DNA of 64,000 nt, from positions 1-64,000 of the IMG/VR virus record IMGVR_UViG_3300017991_000083, one strand, 5' to 3'. Position 1 is the first letter of the stretch. Each line of letters starts with the position of its first letter. The translations under genes were made by a program, and so were the position numbers. The notes below the pieces were generated by a model, which made no database searches, had not been told where the DNA came from, and saw only the letters and a list, made by a program, of their open reading frames with translations. The DNA is from a virus. Positions 16,457-24,401 of this stretch are shown here, piece after piece.

Positions 16457-18405
16457 ACACCCCCCTCGAGAAAGAATCCTAGTGCCGTGACTTCGTGATG
16501 GAGCTCGGCCGCTCGCGACCAGGGCTTCACCTTCTTCTGCCCGAACAGGTCGCCCTGGTATTCCGCGCCGGCGAGCGCCGCCCGCAGGTCCGCCATGAGC
16601 TGCCACCTGGGCTTATCCATGTAGTCGAACGCGCCGGCCACGACCAGCTTCTTCGTGAGCACAGGCGACAGGTCATTGAGCCTCATGACCGTCGACATGT
16701 CGGGGAAGTGCCGCTCCTGGCGCCGGAGCAGTGACGCCAGGGCTTTCTCCCCGACCCCCTTGATAGCAGTCAGTGGGACACGGATGCCCCCGTCCTCGAT
16801 GGCGAATCGGGCAGCGCTCTTCCGCACATCGATGGGCAGGACACGAATCCCCATCCTCCGGCACTCGTCGAGCCCGCGGACTATGGACCTATTCCTCTTC
16901 TCGTTCGCGCCCTCGAGCGCGTTGTTCAGGAACGCACACATGAACTCCGTCGGGTAGTGGACCCTGAGCCACATCGTCTTGTAGGACCACTTCCCGCCGT
17001 AGCAGACGGCGTGCGACTTGTTGAATGCGTAGCGCGTCGCCGACTCCATGCGCTCCCATATCTCATCGGCCACGTCAGCGGGCACAACGCCCTGACGCTG
17101 ACAGCCTTCGATGAACATATGCTTGATGGCCTGGACCTCGGACCCGCCGCGGGCGAGCTTCTTGCCGATCATCCTGCGCGTGCGGTCGGCCTCCGAGGTC
17201 GACATGCCGGCGAGGGCGCGACAGATCTCGATGAACTGCTCCTGGTAGACGATGATGCCGTAGGTGTCCGCCAGGATGGGCTCGAGCGACGGATGCAGAT
17301 AGTGGGGCGTCCTCGAGGCGTAGTCGGCGACGAAGTCGATGGCGCCAGGGCGGCCGACGGCCGAGAGGTCGTAGAGCTCCCGGAACGACCGCGGCTGAAC
17401 CTCGGCAACGGAACGGCGGGACGTCTCGGTGTCTATCTGGAATCCGCCGAGCACGTCGCCCGCACACACGGCGTCGTAGACGGCAACATCCTCGAAGTCG
17501 ATGTTGTTCAGGTCCTCCAGGGTGTGGGGCCCATCCTCGTCCTCGATGAGCGCGAGGCAGCCCATCACCATCGTTATCGAGTCGACGCCCAGGATATCGA
17601 ACTTCACGAGTCCGAGCTTCTCGACCTGGTCCTTGTCCCACTGCGTCATGTAGACCTTTTCGCCGCCCGAGTCTGTGATGCGGAGCGGCATCAGAGTGTC
17701 GATAGGCGCCGGCGCTATCACCACGCCGGCCGCGTGTCGGCCCGTGTGTCGCGGCCTCGCGAGCAGGGTCTGGACCAGCTCGTAGAGGCCAGGATGCTTC
17801 TCGAGGTAGACCTTCAGCCGGTCGGGGTCGTCTGCATCGTCGAGCGTCAAAGGCTTGCCAGTCTCCTTGTCGACGTACTCTCCGTAGCGGAAGCAGGACT
17901 TGACCTTCTCGAGCGTCACCTGCGGGACCCTCAGAGTCCGCCCGGCCTCGTCGATGGCGCCACGGAGCCCGAAGGTCGCGAACGAGATGATCTGAGCGAC
18001 GTGCCGGGAACCGTACGTGTCCCTGATGTAGTCGAAGATCTCCTGGCGACGGCTATGCTGGAAGTCGAGGTCGATGTCCGGGGGACTGACTCTGGCGGGG
18101 TTCAGAAACCGCTCGAAGACCAGCCCGAACTCGAGCGGGTCCAGGTGCGTCACCCTGAGGCAGTAGCAGACGCAGGACGCCGGAGCGCTCCCGCGCCCGT
18201 CGTTCATGCCGATGCCCTGCTCTCGGGCGAATCGGCAGAGGTCGTAGGCTATCAGGAAGTACGGCGCCCACCCGCCCTCTTTGATGACCGAGAGCTCGTA
18301 GTTGCAGCGCTCCTCGTGCGCGGGCGTCAGTGCCCGGTCACGCAGGCCCTGGGTGGTGAGCATGGCGAGATGCTGCATGGGATCGCCAGGAAATGCCTTC
18401 TTCAC
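16420..18405 (-). CDS. dnaE: DNA polymerase III alpha, catalytic part (palm/thumb/fingers/HhH)
   Basis: GRGSA, FERFLNP.R..PPDIDLDF, HAAGVVI, KFDILG, YAFNKSHA, AIKGVG; clamp-binding motif QGDLF. Confidence 0.95.
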   Translation of the reverse strand: MKKAFPGDPMQHLAMLTTQGLRDRALTPAHEERCNYELSVIKEGGWAPYFLIAYDLCRFAREQGIGMNDGRGSAPASCVCYCLRVTHLDPLEFGLVFERFLNPARVSPPDIDLDFQHSRRQEIFDYIRDTYGSRHVAQIISFATFGLRGAIDEAGRTLRVPQVTLEKVKSCFRYGEYVDKETGKPLTLDDADDPDRLKVYLEKHPGLYELVQTLLARPRHTGRHAAGVVIAPAPIDTLMPLRITDSGGEKVYMTQWDKDQVEKLGLVKFDILGVDSITMVMGCLALIEDEDGPHTLEDLNNIDFEDVAVYDAVCAGDVLGGFQIDTETSRRSVAEVQPRSFRELYDLSAVGRPGAIDFVADYASRTPHYLHPSLEPILADTYGIIVYQEQFIEICRALAGMSTSEADRTRRMIGKKLARGGSEVQAIKHMFIEGCQRQGVVPADVADEIWERMESATRYAFNKSHAVCYGGKWSYKTMWLRVHYPTEFMCAFLNNALEGANEKRNRSIVRGLDECRRMGIRVLPIDVRKSAARFAIEDGGIRVPLTAIKGVGEKALASLLRRQERHFPDMSTVMRLNDLSPVLTKKLVVAGAFDYMDKPRWQLMADLRAALAGAEYQGDLFGQKKVKPWSRAAELHHEVTALGFFLEGGVWPEKPARSSTN

Positions 18406-18902
18406 TGCCCCCGTCTTTCTCGCTTGTAGAGGTCCGTGATGTCCTCAAGCGTCACATCGTCGGCTGAGACTGCAAGCGGCCGCAACTTGTCTCCGACGGC
18501 GGAGCGCTCGGCGGCCCCTGCCCTGGAGCTTTGCCCCCCCGCCTCAGGCTGACTGCCAGCGGTTATGGGAGCCTCGCCCGCGGGCGGAGCCGGTCGAGCG
18601 CCCGCCTGACGGTCGGCCTCATACCCCTCCCCCGGCAGAAGCCGAAACGGTTCGTCGCCGGCGCCGCCTAGAACGTCAATCCCCCTCTTCTTCGTCCGGT
18701 GAAGGACCGTATCCACGAGAGCGCGATGGTCGCGGCTCTCGATCTGCGATTCGACCACCGCTATCAGCTCGTTCCTCGTGTAGCCCAGGCGCAACAGCTC
18801 GAATACCTTGTACTGCTTCCCTGGTCGGAACGGATTGGGCGCCTCGGCTGCAAACTTGCTCGAGGGCTCCGGGTGGCGGGCGGTCCCATTGTCACCAGCC
18901 AT
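18402..18902 (-). CDS. Winged-helix-like DNA-binding protein between the dnaE halves
   Basis: NPFRPGKQYKVFELLRLGYTRNELI... plus an Ala/Pro-rich linker; GTGA coupling to dnaE-C. Confidence 0.65.
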   Translation of the reverse strand: MAGDNGTARHPEPSSKFAAEAPNPFRPGKQYKVFELLRLGYTRNELIAVVESQIESRDHRALVDTVLHRTKKRGIDVLGGAGDEPFRLLPGEGYEADRQAGARPAPPAGEAPITAGSQPEAGGQSSRAGAAERSAVGDKLRPLAVSADDVTLEDITDLYKRERRGQ

Positions 18903-18928
18903 ACCGAGTCTCCCTTGTCTGTGCCCTC

Positions 18929-18946
18929 ACTCGATATACGCCAATC
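18929..18946 (-). promoter_or_regulatory. 18-bp motif GATTGGCGTATATCGAGT (putative middle promoter), copy 1
   Basis: Identical to 30739-30756; both intergenic and upstream of an SD. Confidence 0.7.
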
Positions 18947-18958
18947 CAGCGGAATCGG

Positions 18959-19825
18959 TCAGGCGGTTTCTGCGCTCCTGAACGTCGGATACTTCGGCGA
19001 AGTGTCCATTTTGACGTGCATAACGCTATCTGCGATGGCCACAGCCCGGTCCATCGCTTCCGCCAGGAAGCCCCGGTCCATGTCCGAGTAGACGTTCCGG
19101 AAGGTCTCACAGAGCTCGGCGCGGGTCTTGAGCCAGAGATTCGACGTGTTCGCCTCCAGCCGACCCTTCGTGTTCACGAGCATGATGTCCTTGTGCATCT
19201 TCACCTGCGACCGGGTCGCGTAGTGGACGTCGTTCGTCACGACGACAGGAACCCCGTGCTTCCTCGAGAAGTCCACGATCTGATAATTCAGCTCATGGAC
19301 CTCAGGGATTGCGAGGGGCATCAGCTCGATGAACGCACGGTCGGGGAACATCTCGGCGAGCTGGCGATAGAACGCCAGAGCCCCGGCCTCATCGCCGGCT
19401 GCCAGAAGTCGCTGTATCTTGCCCATCATGCAGCCGCCAAGCACGACGAGACCCTCGGCATAGGTGCCGAGGGTCTCCAGGTCGATGCGCGGGCGACGAA
19501 AGAACCCTTCAACGAAGCTCGCGGTCGAGAGCTTGCACAGGTTCTCGTAGCCCTTCTTCGTTCTAGCGAGCACGGTCAGGTGCGTGACCGGGCCCTTCTC
19601 GGAGAGGTCGTCCGCCAGGTAGAACTCGCACCCGAAGATCGGCTTGACCTTGTGGCGCTCACAGGCCATCGCATGGTCGAACGTCCCGTACATATTCCCG
19701 TGGTCCGTCAGCGCGAGAGCCGACATCTTCTTCGCCGCCGCGGCCAGTGCGAGCTCGTCAGGAGAGCAGACCCCGTCGAGGAGCGAATACCAGGAGTGGA
19801 CGTGTAGGTGGACAAATGGTCTCAT
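18959..19825 (-). CDS. dnaE: DNA polymerase III alpha, N-terminal PHP domain as a separate gene
   Basis: FVHLHVHSWYSLLDG, ALTDHG, PIFGCE, HLTVLA, TNDVHY; ends at ...PKYPTF. Confidence 0.93.
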   Translation of the reverse strand: MRPFVHLHVHSWYSLLDGVCSPDELALAAAAKKMSALALTDHGNMYGTFDHAMACERHKVKPIFGCEFYLADDLSEKGPVTHLTVLARTKKGYENLCKLSTASFVEGFFRRPRIDLETLGTYAEGLVVLGGCMMGKIQRLLAAGDEAGALAFYRQLAEMFPDRAFIELMPLAIPEVHELNYQIVDFSRKHGVPVVVTNDVHYATRSQVKMHKDIMLVNTKGRLEANTSNLWLKTRAELCETFRNVYSDMDRGFLAEAMDRAVAIADSVMHVKMDTSPKYPTFRSAETA

Positions 19826-20037
19826 GCCTTGTGTAGGAACCCCTCTCTCACGAACCGCTTGATCTTGCCCTTCTCGCTCTTCGGACACCCGTCGACCTCG
19901 CACGACGCCGCGATGCCGTAGACGCCCATCGGATAGAACATGTAGTAGTCAGCATCATCCGGCAGCGCCGACAGCGACGTGATGATCGCGATGCGCGTGC
20001 CGGCCGGTGTCTCGAACACGAGCGGCGGGCGTTTCAG
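19822..20037 (-). CDS. Hypothetical protein (start uncertain: CTG 20037 or GTG 20019)
   Basis: ATGA coupling to dnaE-N; AGGAGG 7 nt before the CTG. Confidence 0.5.
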   Translation of the reverse strand: MKRPPLVFETPAGTRIAIITSLSALPDDADYYMFYPMGVYGIAASCEVDGCPKSEKGKIKRFVREGFLHKA

Positions 20038-20641
20038 CTCTCGACCTCCTCTGGCAGAACTGCTTGACCTCGGCGAACATGCGCCCAACTGCACGGCGGC
20101 GGCTCGGGCTCCGTTCGCCGAACATCTCGAACGCAACGTCTGAGAACGTCGCGCCAGTAGCGAGGAGCTCGAGGACCTGGGCACAGTCGGCCTTGCCGGC
20201 CTCTCGAAGCTCGCCGGCGAATGTCTCGATATCGATCCGGGCTCTGACGGCAGGGCCATGTGACTGCGTCTGCCAGGTCAGGCCGTAGTAGGATGCGTCG
20301 GGACGGGGATTCCTCTTCTGAGCGGCACCGCGACGGACCGCCCTGCACACGTGCTTGTCATGCACGAGTCTGAAGACCCAGGCCGCGAACGGTGCGCCGC
20401 GGCTCTCGTCCCAACGCACATGTCCCGTAGTGTCACACGCCGCGTGCCAGACGGCGTCCTGCACCCACAGAAGGAGCTCGTCTTCCTGAAGGGCCTGGTC
20501 GGAGAGCTCCTCGGCTCGCCGCCTGGCCCACGCTCGCACCTTCTCTGCTTCGAGGAACTCAGTGACGAGCCGCTCGAGCGCGACGTCGTCGCCGTCCCTC
20601 ACTTGCCCCACAAGGTTGTGAATCGCCATGTCGGATACCAC
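19955..20641 (-). CDS. Phage sigma70/ECF-like sigma factor
   Basis: GDDVALERLV (region 1.2/2.1), WDESRGAPFAAWVFR (region 2.3), GATFSDVA HTH (region 4). Confidence 0.75.
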   Translation of the reverse strand: MVSDMAIHNLVGQVRDGDDVALERLVTEFLEAEKVRAWARRRAEELSDQALQEDELLLWVQDAVWHAACDTTGHVRWDESRGAPFAAWVFRLVHDKHVCRAVRRGAAQKRNPRPDASYYGLTWQTQSHGPAVRARIDIETFAGELREAGKADCAQVLELLATGATFSDVAFEMFGERSPSRRRAVGRMFAEVKQFCQRRSRAETPAARVRDTGRHAHRDHHVAVGAAG

Positions 20642-20682
20642 GGTCAGCCTCCGGAACGGGTCCGCGTCGGTATCTGGCGGGG

Positions 20683-20982
20683 TCAGTCGTCGGTAGGAGT
20701 TGGACCAGGGCCCCCTGCCATCTGGATCTTGATGAGTTCACGTTCGACCGCTCGACGAATGATGTGCGACTCTGTCACCTTGAGCTGGCCCAGGTCAATG
20801 ACCTGTTCCCCGGTGCCAGACGTCACAGACCGCACGCTGGAACGGAGCTGCTCGGTCTCGTGCTCGGCCGCCCGCCTGAGCCAGTCCTTGATCTCGGGCG
20901 TCGTCTTGGCGACCAGTCTAGGCCGGGCTTCCCGTTTGCTCGAACGTGATGTCTTCCGACCCTTCCCATCTCGTGTATTCAT
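20683..20982 (-). CDS. Small DNA-binding regulator (RHH-like)
   Basis: RLVAKTTPEIKDWL...TESHIIRRAVEREL; AGGAGG SD; first gene after a strong promoter. Confidence 0.6.
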   Translation of the reverse strand: MNTRDGKGRKTSRSSKREARPRLVAKTTPEIKDWLRRAAEHETEQLRSSVRSVTSGTGEQVIDLGQLKVTESHIIRRAVERELIKIQMAGGPGPTPTDD

Positions 20983-21217
20983 CGTTGCACCCTCCTACAA
21001 CGAGAGTGTAACACGAGTCCCATTCCGTGTCAACAGGAAAAGTCCACTGGTTCGTCGAGTCGCAGGGCTCGTAGTGCATGGGCGGGGCAAGGCCCAGGCC
21101 AATGCAGTGAAGACAGGCATAGGAACCGTCTTCACAGAGGTAGAGACAGAGGACCATGTAGCCGCAAACGGGGCACTGAATGAGATGGGGATCGGGTGAG
21201 TTTGTGTAGCTCGGCAT
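20918..21217 (-). CDS. Cys-rich hypothetical protein
   Basis: CPVC...C...CLHC; overlaps the promoter and the next gene. Confidence 0.35.
   Translation of the reverse strand: MPSYTNSPDPHLIQCPVCGYMVLCLYLCEDGSYACLHCIGLGLAPPMHYEPCDSTNQWTFPVDTEWDSCYTLVVGGCNDEYTRWEGSEDITFEQTGSPA
21005..21033 (-). promoter_or_regulatory. Sigma70 promoter TTGACA-N17-TACACT with TGn extension
   Basis: -35 at 21033-21028 and -10 at 21010-21005, followed by SD and ATG at 20982. Confidence 0.85.
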
Positions 21218-21304
21218 GACGCCCCCTGGGAGAGGGTGTCGCGCACGCGGACAAGTTCTGCGCCGACCACAGAACCGGGGGCTGCCCGGCACGCGACACC
21301 GAAC

Positions 21305-21808
21305 CTACAGGTCGAACTCGCACAGCTCCACTCGGCAGAAGACGTCCCTGGGGTAGGGGCCGTGGATCTGCACCTGGATAAAGCCTACTCCCGCACAGTC
21401 ACGAACTAGCGCCAGCCGCCCATGCGCGAGGAGATCGTCGGGCCCGTCCGGGACCCTCTTCGACTTCTTCGGGAACAGGGCGTCCTCAATGCCCTTGACG
21501 ACGTTGCCGGTATCACCATGCTGCTTGCCCGCGAACTGGATCGCACAGTCGACGTAGTACTGGACGTTCCCCTCTCGAATCTCTGGCCAGACAACGTCGC
21601 GGATCCACTGCCAGAGGTCAAGGGGGATGGACTCGATGATGTAGTCCTTGAAGCCGATGTAGCGAGCGTACTGAGTTGGGCGCCCATCCTTCGTCCTCAT
21701 CATCTGCCACTTCTGTCGCGCAGTCGTCCTAGTCCAAGGGATGGGATTGCCTTCAGGGTCGTACTGGTTCCCTCTAACCTCGAAGGAAGCAAGGACCAGA
21801 GGTTTCAC
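21305..21808 (-). CDS. rusA: RusA-like Holliday junction resolvase
   Basis: GDTGNVVKGIEDAL...DD catalytic motif; P.PW.R N-terminal motif. Confidence 0.75.
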   Translation of the reverse strand: MKPLVLASFEVRGNQYDPEGNPIPWTRTTARQKWQMMRTKDGRPTQYARYIGFKDYIIESIPLDLWQWIRDVVWPEIREGNVQYYVDCAIQFAGKQHGDTGNVVKGIEDALFPKKSKRVPDGPDDLLAHGRLALVRDCAGVGFIQVQIHGPYPRDVFCRVELCEFDL

Positions 21809-21830
21809 AGAGGATCACTCCCTCAGGGGT

Positions 21831-22838
21831 CTATGCGGCTCCTGGTCGACGTACCCTATCTAGCCTCTGAGAGAGGCTACGGCTGCCAGGATAGGAGATT
21901 TCGCTCCCCTGAGAAAGTGAAAGTGATAACAGCTTCAGGAACGAGTCACGGTCCGGGACCTCGCCCGGGTCCTTGCACGGACCGAGGTAGAGAACGGACT
22001 GCTTGACCGCGCTCCCGCGCAGCGCACGGAACCCTTCGCCAGTTCCGACACGGCCGGCAACGTCGTTGTCCAGCGCCCATATCACTTCGTCGGCACGCAG
22101 CAGCATCTCGATCTGCCTGTTGCTCGGACGCGCACCCAGGAGCGCCACGACCTCGAACCCGAACGACCAGACCTTGAGAGCATCGAAGATGCCCTCGACG
22201 ACAATCACCGAAAGTAACCTCTGTCTCTGTGCGACGCGAAGAATCGGCGGCGTGAACAGGGGAACCAGGTGCTGGCCGTAGAGGACCTCGGACTTCTTCG
22301 CCCCCTTCGGGTAGCGATACTGCTTGCCGACCAGGGAGCGCGTTGCCTCGAACATGACCGGACCCATGTTCGGGCTCCGGACCGGGAAGTGTAGTAGCTC
22401 CCCGTCCCGCCCTCTCGACGTCCATAGGTCCCAGGACCGAGCCAGATCCGCTATCTGGCCGGCGTCGAACCCGCGCCCCTTCAGGTATTCGACCCCGCGC
22501 TCAGAGAGCGTACCATAGGACCTCGAGCGCGTCTTCCCGCCGAGCTCCAGGCGATGTATCGGGGCCTCGTGCCGGCGCAGGTCCCGGACCCTGTCGCCGA
22601 GTCTGTCGGCCCCCTGGTATCGCAGACTCGACGCATCGTAGCCCCACATCTTCAGGAGCTTCGCGAGCGATCCTCCACCACAGACGAAGCAGTTGTAGAC
22701 CCCCTTCTCGACATTCACCGAGAACGACGGGGTCGACTCGTCGTGGAGCGGGCAGCAGCACCAGACCTCGTCATCGCGGATCGCGACCTGGTCACAGCCC
22801 TGCTCCTCGAGGATCTCCGCTATCTTTTCGAGCGTCAT
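21831..22838 (-). CDS. dnaG: DNA primase
   Basis: CHC2 finger CPLHDESTPSFSVN..NCFVC; TOPRIM VEGIFDA and DND.AG. Confidence 0.92.
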   Translation of the reverse strand: MTLEKIAEILEEQGCDQVAIRDDEVWCCCPLHDESTPSFSVNVEKGVYNCFVCGGGSLAKLLKMWGYDASSLRYQGADRLGDRVRDLRRHEAPIHRLELGGKTRSRSYGTLSERGVEYLKGRGFDAGQIADLARSWDLWTSRGRDGELLHFPVRSPNMGPVMFEATRSLVGKQYRYPKGAKKSEVLYGQHLVPLFTPPILRVAQRQRLLSVIVVEGIFDALKVWSFGFEVVALLGARPSNRQIEMLLRADEVIWALDNDVAGRVGTGEGFRALRGSAVKQSVLYLGPCKDPGEVPDRDSFLKLLSLSLSQGSEISYPGSRSLSQRLDRVRRPGAA

Positions 22839-23139
22839 CAGGGAATCTCCCACAAGGGCTCTCCCACAAGTCGAGGTTCCTATCGAACAGGGCGCTGCCA
22901 CAGACCTGACACTTCACGGGGCTCACGTTACGCCAATAGACCTGCCCGCAACAGAAGCACGTCCAGTAGTGCTCGAGGAGATAGTGCATCAGCGCCGCAT
23001 CTACATCCCTCGCGATGGCCAAAGCGAACTCGTTGCGGACCTCCCGCATGAACTCGTGATCGTCCTCCGGCCACTCCTTCGGGGGAGTCTCCACTTTTCC
23101 TATGACACTTCGATGTCCCAGGGATCCCTGTGACCGCAT
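22792..23139 (-). CDS. Zn-ribbon hypothetical protein
   Basis: CFCCG...CQVCGS. Confidence 0.55.
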   Translation of the reverse strand: MRSQGSLGHRSVIGKVETPPKEWPEDDHEFMREVRNEFALAIARDVDAALMHYLLEHYWTCFCCGQVYWRNVSPVKCQVCGSALFDRNLDLWESPCGRFPDDARKDSGDPRGAGL

Positions 23140-23353
23140 TTCTTCTTCGCCCTCTCTATCAGCCAGAACATGAGGCAGATCAGCAGGTAGCGCATCTAGT
23201 AGAGCTCCGTCGGTTGCTGCCGTTGCCTGTTCCCCTCGATGACGATGCGCCTCAGCATCGCGTCGTCCGCCTCGGCCGTCCAGGTCCGCAAGGGCAGACT
23301 GCAGTCCCACTCCTGGAAGTTAGGGATACCGTCCGGAGTTTGGTCTCCGCGGC

Positions 23354-23638
23354 CTAACCCCAGTCGTCGACTCCCGTGACCGTCGGATTCGACCCCGGCC
23401 ATCTGTCCCATCTCACTATTCCCTCCGGCACCGACTCGTCGACCAGCACGGGGATTACCCCGAACAGCCGGCCGACGTACCGCCGCCCCGTCAGTGCCGC
23501 CAGGACGCAGTCGACCAGCTCCGCTGCCTGGTCACGCTTCTTGACTGTCCCCTTCTGGACCACAGGGCCCTCGAGAACGGCGTCGATCGCACGCTCCCGG
23601 AGCCCGGGGGTCAACAGCCGCATGGGCAGAAACTCCAT
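23354..23638 (-). CDS. Hypothetical protein
   Basis: GGAGG SD; 94 aa. Confidence 0.6.
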   Translation of the reverse strand: MEFLPMRLLTPGLRERAIDAVLEGPVVQKGTVKKRDQAAELVDCVLAALTGRRYVGRLFGVIPVLVDESVPEGIVRWDRWPGSNPTVTGVDDWG

Positions 23639-23648
23639 CGCGCCTCCG

Positions 23649-23846
23649 CTACTCCGATTCGTACTCTTCCTTGGTCAAGTAATCGCCCACGCCCAAGCTA
23701 GGCGGGACGCAACCGTCACAGCAGAACACCACGCCACCCGCCAGAGACTTCTCCACACCGCCCAATGATGGGATGGTCGCCGCCCTGGTAGGTGACTTCT
23801 TCTCGCAGACCTCACACAGCCTCGGCCACGGTCTTCTTATGCCCAT
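23649..23846 (-). CDS. Small Cys-rich protein
   Basis: CEVC...CCDGC; GGAAGGGG SD. Confidence 0.55.
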   Translation of the reverse strand: MGIRRPWPRLCEVCEKKSPTRAATIPSLGGVEKSLAGGVVFCCDGCVPPSLGVGDYLTKEEYESE

Positions 23847-23870
23847 CTCGCCCGCCCCTTCCTGGAGACC

Positions 23871-24236
23871 TCAGTCTTGCGGCGGGCACAGCTCATGTCC
23901 CGTCGCACTGTAGACGCACAGTGACGTGTCCAGACCGCTATCCCATCGGGCCCAACGCCAGTTCTCGGGCGACCAGTCGTCGACCACATGATACGTGCTC
24001 TCGCCCTCGCCGACCTTGCCCCACTCGTACGGGATGCCTTCGTGGACCTCACGCACGCCCATTATCACAGACCCGCGGCGCCAGACCTCGATGCTGTTCT
24101 CCTTGAACACGTAGGACCGGATGCCCGTCGGATCATACGGATCGTCGAACCTATCGCGCATCGTCTGGCCCATCTCCCGGATCGCGCTGCACCCGGCCAG
24201 GGCCAGGGCCAGGACTACCACCAGCACCACTCTCAT
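23871..24236 (-). CDS. Lipoprotein
   Basis: Signal peptide II MRVVLVVVLALALAG-C with LAGC lipobox. Confidence 0.8.
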   Translation of the reverse strand: MRVVLVVVLALALAGCSAIREMGQTMRDRFDDPYDPTGIRSYVFKENSIEVWRRGSVIMGVREVHEGIPYEWGKVGEGESTYHVVDDWSPENWRWARWDSGLDTSLCVYSATGHELCPPQD

Positions 24237-24401
24237 ATCAACCCCCAGGATCGCGGCCCCACATCAGGAACAGGCTGATCCCCTTCAGGCTCACGCCCAT
24301 ATCGCCGCCCCTGGCCGGCGCCTTCTTCGGCCGGGGGCGAAACCACCAGTGCCTCGGCTCCTGCTGCCCCTTGGTCAGTCCGACCGTGAAGAGATAGACC
24401 A

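Noticed and set aside
18402-18958. Group I intron, homing endonuclease or split intein interrupting dnaE
   Set aside because: No HNH, GIY-YIG or LAGLIDADG motif and no intein C/S...HN ends. The inserted ORF overlaps the dnaE-C start (GTGA), leaving no room for an intron core.
21235-21300. tRNA gene
   Set aside because: Only two inner arms, no properly placed T-loop and no CCA end. No convincing tRNA was seen anywhere in the window.
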